In this document: positions 57,368-64,000 of the stretch, one piece after another
Layout: each line of letters starts with the position of its first letter
Numbering within the stretch: position 1 is the stretch's first letter
Source: a virus
Strand: one strand, 5' to 3'
Length of the DNA stretch: 64,000 nt
IMG/VR virus record: IMGVR_UViG_3300028840_006907
Span: 224,001 to 288,000 of that record
Notes under the pieces: generated by a model
What the model was told of the DNA's origin: nothing
Databases searched by the model: none
What the model saw: only the letters and a program-made list of their open reading frames with translations
Program-made: the position numbers and the translations under genes

Positions 57368-58087
57368 TTGCCTATGGCAGAAGAACAAAAGAGCTATAAA
57401 GATGTTTATCCTGAGATTGACCCTCTCATTAAAGCAGATCCTCTCCTTAATTGGGGAAGATTTAAAAAAGAGCATCCTGATTTATCTAATAAAATTACAA
57501 GATGGTCTTATCTTCGTCGAAGAAGCATAATTTTAGGTTACGGGGGTTATGGGAGTAAGATGAAAAATAAGAAAAAGAGTAAGAAAGGTGCCCGTAGAAT
57601 GAAAAAGAAAGAAACTCCAAAGAAAGTTAAAGTAGTAAAGACTATCCAGAATTTAAAAGGTGTTACTGATGAGCAGATTGTCAAGTATGTTAGTGATACT
57701 CTTCCAACCTCGAAAAATAAAAGGGAATATGTCAAATTGGGTAAAATATTAGTAAAAAACCCAGGTATATCATATCCAGATTTAAAGAAAAAGAAGTTTG
57801 TAACAATGAGCAATCCGACTTATTACATATTCAGAAAAAACTTTATTAATCATTTCAGTGCTAATGGTAAAGTAGAGCCGGAAGTAGTTGAGACGAAACC
57901 TAAGAAAAAGAATGGCTATAAAAGAAAAGGGACTATTTATAGATCTATACTTATCGATAAAGAAGCTAGTGATGTTGAGGTAGCTCAAGCGAAAAAAATT
58001 ATTGGAGCAATGAGAGAAGAAGAAAAAATGAATTATGAAGTAGAAGAATTAAAAACTGGTTATGAAATCAGAAAGTTTACTAAATAA
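57368..58087 (+). CDS. hypothetical basic (Lys-rich) protein
   Basis: 239 aa; GAAAGGAG upstream. Confidence 0.5.
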   Translation: MPMAEEQKSYKDVYPEIDPLIKADPLLNWGRFKKEHPDLSNKITRWSYLRRRSIILGYGGYGSKMKNKKKSKKGARRMKKKETPKKVKVVKTIQNLKGVTDEQIVKYVSDTLPTSKNKREYVKLGKILVKNPGISYPDLKKKKFVTMSNPTYYIFRKNFINHFSANGKVEPEVVETKPKKKNGYKRKGTIYRSILIDKEASDVEVAQAKKIIGAMREEEKMNYEVEELKTGYEIRKFTK

Positions 58088-58103
58088 TTAAGGAGGTTAA
58101 TGT

Positions 58104-58490
58104 ATGACTAGAGGCTCACTTAAGAAAAAGTTGTCGGGAGAAAAATCTTGGCTTATTATTAATGATGGCTCAGATGGGGTGAAGGTGGTAAAGGAGTTTG
58201 GTATACAGAAACGGAAAGTAATTGAGTTTTCTTTAGTTTGTGTTTCAGAGGGTATTTATATCAAACATCCTCACTATGAGTTCCGATCTACTGTATCTCA
58301 TTATTGCTCTACTCAGAAGGACATAAGATTGAGTCTAAATAAGACATTTCTTTCGTCAATTATAAAAACCCTAAGAAAGATAGGTTTGTGGGAAGCCATT
58401 GTAAACAAGGACTTTTTACAAGTCAATCGAGATAACTCAAAATCAAATAAAGGTGTCGTGAAAAGGGAATTAAGACGATTATTGGGGTAG
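58104..58490 (+). CDS. hypothetical protein
   Basis: 128 aa; SD TAAGGAGG. Confidence 0.5.
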   Translation: MTRGSLKKKLSGEKSWLIINDGSDGVKVVKEFGIQKRKVIEFSLVCVSEGIYIKHPHYEFRSTVSHYCSTQKDIRLSLNKTFLSSIIKTLRKIGLWEAIVNKDFLQVNRDNSKSNKGVVKRELRRLLG

Positions 58491-58494
58491 TTTA

Positions 58495-59253
58495 GTGAAG
58501 AGGAAAGAATCAACAAAGACTTCAGAGTTTCTAGAAAATCTTTTGAAAAAGATGGCTTCTAGGAGACTCATTCGAATTCGTACAGAAAATAATAAATCCT
58601 TGAAGATTTCCTATAAAGGGTGCAGTGATCTTTTTAGTTCAAAATGGAATATAAAAATATACAATTCAGGGACAGTTGTATGTACTGATTTAGTACCTTT
58701 AAGAAAGTATGCTGTTGGGAAATTTAAGCTTCCTGATCCGTCTTTAAAATTGATAAAATGCGACGACAGCGGCTGGGGGTTTCCCTTATGCGGAATTTTG
58801 ATAGGTCTTGAATTTAATAGAAAAATATATGTGGGTGAAATAGGTGTTGAGTATTTTAAGTCACCTTCATTTGAAAAGAAAGAGTATTTGAAAAAATATT
58901 CTGATGAGGGTATTAAAATACTTAATAAAAAAATAGGTGCTAATCCTAAAACCCATAGAATTGAAATATGTACTGGATATGTAAATGGAACTCTTCGAGA
59001 TGATTTAAGAGAATTAGGATATGATGTACGAACAGTCGAAATAACGGGTCTACTCCAGAATAAGCTAGAGATATATTATAAAATGTACATAAAGAAGAAG
59101 ACTGGAGTAGATCTCGCCTATGACCCTAAAGAAGTAACAAAAAAACAGCTAGTTTTTGAATACCACAAGGCCCTGGAATGGGGTCAGAAGTATGCACCTC
59201 ATTTATTGAAATCTGGATGGCAGTCCATGAAAGATAAAGGTATTACTGGATAA
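58495..59253 (+). CDS. hypothetical protein
   Basis: 252 aa ORF. Confidence 0.45.
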   Translation: MKRKESTKTSEFLENLLKKMASRRLIRIRTENNKSLKISYKGCSDLFSSKWNIKIYNSGTVVCTDLVPLRKYAVGKFKLPDPSLKLIKCDDSGWGFPLCGILIGLEFNRKIYVGEIGVEYFKSPSFEKKEYLKKYSDEGIKILNKKIGANPKTHRIEICTGYVNGTLRDDLRELGYDVRTVEITGLLQNKLEIYYKMYIKKKTGVDLAYDPKEVTKKQLVFEYHKALEWGQKYAPHLLKSGWQSMKDKGITG

Positions 59254-59332
59254 TACCACCCACCTAAAATATTTCCAAAAATTAATAATTTATTGATATT
59301 TTCTTTTCTGGAAAAAGCAGAAAGGAAAATAT

Positions 59333-59764
59333 ATGCGTGTATTAATATCTGATGTAATTCGAAAGACTGCTATAGATTTTAGTGTGTTACGAAAAATTCC
59401 CGGTTTTCTTAAAAATCCTATAGAAGCTGCTAAAAAATATATTGTAGATCTTATTTTAGAAGATCCTGAAAAGAATTTAATGCCTGTTTTAAATTTTAAA
59501 CCTGGTGCAAGTGCCAAAACTGCTCTTGTACCTTATCCAAAAGGAACACCCAGACCTAAAAAGAAAAAGAAGATTATGGATACAAAGACAATCCTAGGTC
59601 TTACTGCAGTAGTAGCTTTGACGTTTTTGCTTCAAATATTTGGTCCAGGATTTGTAAAGGATATTGAAAAAGATGTCCAATCTAAAATAAATGATAAAAA
59701 AATTATCCAAACTATAAAGACTAATTATGCTGAGACACAAAAAGCAATAGAAGGAGAATTCTAA
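59333..59764 (+). CDS. hypothetical membrane protein
   Basis: 143 aa; one hydrophobic segment LGLTAVVALTFLLQIFGPGF. Confidence 0.45.
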   Translation: MRVLISDVIRKTAIDFSVLRKIPGFLKNPIEAAKKYIVDLILEDPEKNLMPVLNFKPGASAKTALVPYPKGTPRPKKKKKIMDTKTILGLTAVVALTFLLQIFGPGFVKDIEKDVQSKINDKKIIQTIKTNYAETQKAIEGEF

Positions 59765-59808
59765 TTCCCGCCTTTCTTATGGTTAAGTGTTTTCTAGTAA
59801 GGGAGTGA

Positions 59809-60537
59809 GTGTATGCACTCCCTTCGAAATGGATCTCAAAAATTATGAAAATTACGATAGCTTCCTGTATAAGAAAAACTGCACTGCAATCAAAAGCTGA
59901 TCACTGGGCTTCTAAGATCAGAGACAATTATGATATGACCTGTGAGTTTGGTCCAAAAGTCTATGATGGTCATTTAATCCTTAGAGAAGTATACAATATA
60001 TTAAAACCGGTTCCACCAGCCCTTATAAAAGATTGTGGTATTAAGAAGCTCCTGATTCGGGGAGACATGGGTCCGAATAAACCGTATTATCCGAATCACG
60101 GATATTTTGTAGGTGATCAAGTAGCATTAAATGCTGATATTTTCCACCATCCTGATTTACCCGATGATTTTTTTGATCATCGTGGGTATTTTCTAACTCG
60201 TCCTCAACAGACACTTTTACATGAAGTTTCTCATGCATTCGATTTTCATAACGGTGAATTATCTAGAAAAGAAAATTGGTTAAAATTGTCTGGATGGAGT
60301 GATAGTTTTAGACCCGGTCTTAAACGTCTCATTATTAGTGAGCCTGGTACTCCTCAAATAGTTGGAGATATGTATTATGATCCTAAAGCTGAAGGATTTA
60401 CAAGATTTTATGCTCGTAGAAATAGTGAAGAAGATTGGGCTGATTCTAGTGCCTTTTATATAGGTGGGCTTAAGAATAAAGTGCCTATAAAAAAACATAC
60501 CTATTTTGATAATATTTATAAAAAATATTATCCCTAA
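59809..60537 (+). CDS. putative zinc metallopeptidase (HExxH)
   Basis: LLHEVSHAFDFH contains HExxH; 242 aa; AGGGAGTGAG upstream. Confidence 0.45.
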   Translation: MYALPSKWISKIMKITIASCIRKTALQSKADHWASKIRDNYDMTCEFGPKVYDGHLILREVYNILKPVPPALIKDCGIKKLLIRGDMGPNKPYYPNHGYFVGDQVALNADIFHHPDLPDDFFDHRGYFLTRPQQTLLHEVSHAFDFHNGELSRKENWLKLSGWSDSFRPGLKRLIISEPGTPQIVGDMYYDPKAEGFTRFYARRNSEEDWADSSAFYIGGLKNKVPIKKHTYFDNIYKKYYP

Positions 60538-60607
60538 CTTTTTAAACTATTATTTTAAATCAGAGATTATAGTATATTTCTAAGATTATACCATAAGATA
60601 TTAAGTA

Positions 60608-61783
60608 ATGATTCCAGAAAATAATTCTCTATTAGATTTGACAGGTGAAAAATTTGGAGACTGGAAAGTTATTTCTCGTGCTTCAAATATTAAAGGCCAT
60701 ACCAGATGGCTTTGTGTCTGTAATTGTGGTAAAAAAGTTCCTGTTTATACCTCAAGTTTAAGGTCAGGAAAATCAACTAGTTGTGGGCATAAGAAAAGAA
60801 ATTTCATAGATTTATCAGGTAAAAGATTTGGTAAGTTATATGTAATTGGTGAGACAACAAAAAACCCTTATACCTATGCCTTAAGATATCGTTCCAAAAA
60901 TAAAGGAAAATGTTGGGAATGTTTATGTGATTGTGGAAATAAATGTATTGTAACTTCTAGGAATTTGTTATCGGGTAATACTAAAAGTTGTGGTTGTTTA
61001 GGGATTTTTTCTGATCCCACTAAAGGTTCTAAAAAGGCTCTTTTTAGAAAATATAAAAGAAGTGCAAAAATAAGAGACCATTCTTTTAATATATCTTTTG
61101 ATCAATTTTTAGTTATGATAGATCAAGAGTGCTTTTATTGTGGAAAAAGTCCTTCTCAAACTTTTAAAGGTAATAGAGAAGATTTTCTTTATAATGGTAT
61201 TGATAGATTAGAGAGTAATAGAGGTTATGAAATAGGTAACATAGTTACTTGTTGTAAAGAATGTAATTATTTAAAATGGACAAAAAGTATTAACGATTTT
61301 TTAATATGGCTAAAAATGTGTTATAATCATTTAAATCTTGAGTTCACTGACTCCCTTTTAACTATCCAAATAAATTCAAATGAAGTGGATATTCAAAATA
61401 ATGAAAAATATAATCTAAGAAAAGATGATCCTTGTTATTACTCTAAGAATACGTTTTATAATGTTTATAAAAATGTTTGTGGTAAGAAAAGAGGGTTAAT
61501 TTTTGAATTGAGTTTTGAGGAATTCTTTTCTATTAGTCAAAGGAAATGTTTTTATTGTGGTATAGAACCTAATAAGCTCTTTAAAAAGGGTTCAAGTAAA
61601 GGATTCTTTTATAATGGTCTTGATAGGATAAATAATGACATGGGTTATATCAAAGATAATATTGTTACTTGTTGTTCAATTTGCAATGAATCTAAGATGA
61701 ATTTAGATCAAAAAATTTTTATTAATAGAATCAAAAAATGCTATGGATATTTAAAGAAATATTATTTAAAAAAATTTTTTTGA
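60608..61783 (+). CDS. Cys-rich protein with two tandem HNH-like zinc-binding units lacking the catalytic His
   Basis: Duplicated CFYCG...YNGIDR(L/I)..N.GY...NIVTCC..CN..K units; CxCxCG motifs upstream of each. Confidence 0.4.
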   Translation: MIPENNSLLDLTGEKFGDWKVISRASNIKGHTRWLCVCNCGKKVPVYTSSLRSGKSTSCGHKKRNFIDLSGKRFGKLYVIGETTKNPYTYALRYRSKNKGKCWECLCDCGNKCIVTSRNLLSGNTKSCGCLGIFSDPTKGSKKALFRKYKRSAKIRDHSFNISFDQFLVMIDQECFYCGKSPSQTFKGNREDFLYNGIDRLESNRGYEIGNIVTCCKECNYLKWTKSINDFLIWLKMCYNHLNLEFTDSLLTIQINSNEVDIQNNEKYNLRKDDPCYYSKNTFYNVYKNVCGKKRGLIFELSFEEFFSISQRKCFYCGIEPNKLFKKGSSKGFFYNGLDRINNDMGYIKDNIVTCCSICNESKMNLDQKIFINRIKKCYGYLKKYYLKKFF

Positions 61784-61800
61784 ATTTTTTGCTTAATACT

Positions 61801-61823
61801 TACCCTCCTTCGTGTCGTATAAT
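61801..61823 (+). promoter_or_regulatory. conserved promoter-like motif TACCCTCCTTCGTGTCGTATAAT about 45 nt upstream of the second glycosyltransferase gene
   Basis: Second copy of the motif at 18951-18972; contains TATAAT. Confidence 0.5.
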
Positions 61824-61865
61824 AGATAGGGTTGATCCAATTTCAACATTTAGTTTAGGAATTTT

Positions 61866-63947
61866 ATGAAACCAACAATTTCTCTTGTAATGGTAGTCTA
61901 TAATGTCAGTAAGACACTTGATAGATGTCTTAAAGGTTTTAGTCAGTGTTCGGATGAAATAGTAGTTGTTATAGATAATAAAACAACGGATAATAGTGAA
62001 GAAATTGCTCGAAAATATACCGATAAAATTTATCATTTCGATTGGATAGATGACTTTTCTGCCGCGAGAAATTTCTCTTTTGATAAGTGCACATGTGATT
62101 TTATCCACTGGTGCGATGGTGATGATTACATTCTTCCTGAAGATATAAAAATGATAAATGATCTAGATCTTACTGATTGGGATATGGTTGTTATGGATTA
62201 TGTCTATGCTCAGGATGAGTTTGGAAATGATAAATCGGTTGTCCCCAGAGAGAGAATTATAAGAAGATCTCTGGGATTGAAATGGGAGGGTGAAATACAT
62301 GAGTGTATTTTACTTCAAGGAAGAGTAAAACATACCCATATCCGAACTTATCATGATAAACAGCATGGGACTTCTGAACGTAATCTTGCCATATTAGAAA
62401 GAATTACTGAGAAAAATCCTAGTTCAAGAAATCTCTATTATCTCGGTAAAGAATATTATGATATGGGTAGAATTGATGAGGCAATTAATTATCTTTTGAA
62501 ATTTCTTGATTGTCCTGATGCCTTTTGGGAAAATGCTTATCAGGCTCATTGTAAATTGGCTATGGCTTATTTACAGAAAAAAGATGAGACTAGATTTAAA
62601 AAGCATATTTTTGAATCGATTAAGATGGAAGACCGTCAGGCAGAACCTATATATTTTCTCGCTTTATATTATATGAATAAAGGTCAATGGGATAGAGCTA
62701 TTCAGTGGTTTGAAGTATGTGCTCATATGGAGCATCCTGCAGATCTTCTAGGTGCTCATTTACCAGAATATTATACATGGTTACCTAATTTAAATCTTTG
62801 TGTTTGTTATAATGCTATTGGTGAAATTGAGAAAGCATACGAATGTAATGAAAAAGTTTTGAAATACCGTTCAAAAGATCCTCGTGCTGTCAGTAATAGA
62901 GAAATTCTTAAAAATGCTTTAAACTCAAAAAAGAAGAAAGAAGATGGTCAAGGTAAAAAACTGAATCTCGGTTGTGGTGGTAAACCTGTAGAGGGTTTTG
63001 TCAGTGTTGATATATTTAAAAGTCCCAAAATTGATGAAGTTTTTGATATGGGTGATATTCCGTATAAAGATAATACTATAGGAGCTATTTATAGTGAGCA
63101 TGCTTTAGAACATGTTTCTTTTGAACGAGTAGAAGAAGTTCTTAAAGAATGGTTTCGAGTTTTACAACCAGGGGGAGAACTTTTCCTTTATATGCCTGAT
63201 TTTGAAAATTGTTGTAAAAGTTATATAAATGCTCCGATTGACCATCCTCATTTTATGAATACTAAAGCTTGGTTTAAATATACTGTCTATGGAATTCAAA
63301 AGAGTCAGGGCGGGGAACCAGATGAAGCCCAGTTCCATCTTAGTGGCTTTTCAAAAGAGGAGATAAAAATAGTATTAGAACGGAATGGTTTTGTTATTGA
63401 TAAAGTAGAAAATTATGGTGGGGAAGGTCAGAAGCCTGATTATGGAACTCCTTCTATGGAAATCCATGCCCGAAAGCCTGAAGTAAAAAAGGAAATAATA
63501 CCTGTCAAGAAAGAGTCTGTGAAAGTGGTAGAGAAACCGAAACCTGTGAAAAAGGATTCGGGTATAAAGGTAGCCTGGATCGGGACTGAGAATTGGGTAG
63601 CTGCTCAGACAAGAATCAGAATATTAAATGTGCATCAATGGTTAAATGACCATGGTATAGAATCGGTGGTAACAAATAACTGCAAGGATGTAATCACGCA
63701 AGATTTTGATGTAGCCATTGTCGGAAAGAGATTTGATGAAGAAATTTATAATGGTGTCAAGGAATTGAAGAAGTCCAATAAAATAGTCTATTGCGATTTA
63801 TGTGAGGATGTTGTTAATTGGGCCTGGGTAAATGAGATAATGGTTGAATGTGATAAAGTTATCTGTTGTTCTAATACTCTTGCTGAGAGGGTGAAGCCAG
63901 TGAATCCTAATGTTGTAGTTATTGAAGATGCCTACGAGATGGTATAA
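61866..63947 (+). CDS. multi-domain enzyme: GT2 glycosyltransferase, TPR repeats, class I SAM methyltransferase, C-terminal domain
   Basis: GT2 region DEIVVVIDNKTTDNS...WIDDFSAARN...WCDGDD paralogous to 19016 gene; MTase motif I LNLGCGGKP and post-I LQPGGELFL; 693 aa. Confidence 0.7.
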   Translation: MKPTISLVMVVYNVSKTLDRCLKGFSQCSDEIVVVIDNKTTDNSEEIARKYTDKIYHFDWIDDFSAARNFSFDKCTCDFIHWCDGDDYILPEDIKMINDLDLTDWDMVVMDYVYAQDEFGNDKSVVPRERIIRRSLGLKWEGEIHECILLQGRVKHTHIRTYHDKQHGTSERNLAILERITEKNPSSRNLYYLGKEYYDMGRIDEAINYLLKFLDCPDAFWENAYQAHCKLAMAYLQKKDETRFKKHIFESIKMEDRQAEPIYFLALYYMNKGQWDRAIQWFEVCAHMEHPADLLGAHLPEYYTWLPNLNLCVCYNAIGEIEKAYECNEKVLKYRSKDPRAVSNREILKNALNSKKKKEDGQGKKLNLGCGGKPVEGFVSVDIFKSPKIDEVFDMGDIPYKDNTIGAIYSEHALEHVSFERVEEVLKEWFRVLQPGGELFLYMPDFENCCKSYINAPIDHPHFMNTKAWFKYTVYGIQKSQGGEPDEAQFHLSGFSKEEIKIVLERNGFVIDKVENYGGEGQKPDYGTPSMEIHARKPEVKKEIIPVKKESVKVVEKPKPVKKDSGIKVAWIGTENWVAAQTRIRILNVHQWLNDHGIESVVTNNCKDVITQDFDVAIVGKRFDEEIYNGVKELKKSNKIVYCDLCEDVVNWAWVNEIMVECDKVICCSNTLAERVKPVNPNVVVIEDAYEMV

Positions 63948-64000
63948 GGAGTACAAATGGAAGTTAGGAAATTTGAAAATGTCCGAGAACTAATAGATAG

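Overview
This window reads as a fragment of a large, AT-rich tailed bacteriophage genome (roughly 35% GC by eye). Genes are densely packed with AGGAGG-type Shine-Dalgarno sites and one sigma70-like promoter, which points to a bacterial host. Organisation, from start to end: (1) a T4-like terminase large subunit followed by a 2337-aa fibre protein with Asp-box repeats, a collagen-like G-X-Y tract and five repeated modules; (2) a minus-strand accessory block (10.0-17.8 kb) with an SF1 UvrD-like helicase, small ORFs, an E1-like ThiF protein next to a JAB/MPN+ metalloprotease, and a Ro60/Rsr-like TROVE+vWA protein; (3) a plus-strand RNA locus (17.9-18.9 kb) with one canonical tRNA and four structured RNAs, three of them tRNA-like with circularly permuted arm order and co-varying terminal helices; (4) multi-domain glycosyltransferase/methyltransferase genes; (5) a 3078-aa collagen-like giant protein and a cluster of glycine-rich, LamG-like paralogs; (6) a head-morphogenesis module with an intein-containing putative portal, an acidic repeat protein and a putative major capsid protein in a local high-GC island. 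The most interesting candidate system is the Ro60-like gene with its divergent array of tRNA-mimicking RNAs, next to an E1/JAB pair. All calls rest on motif reading by eye; no database searches or folding programs were run.
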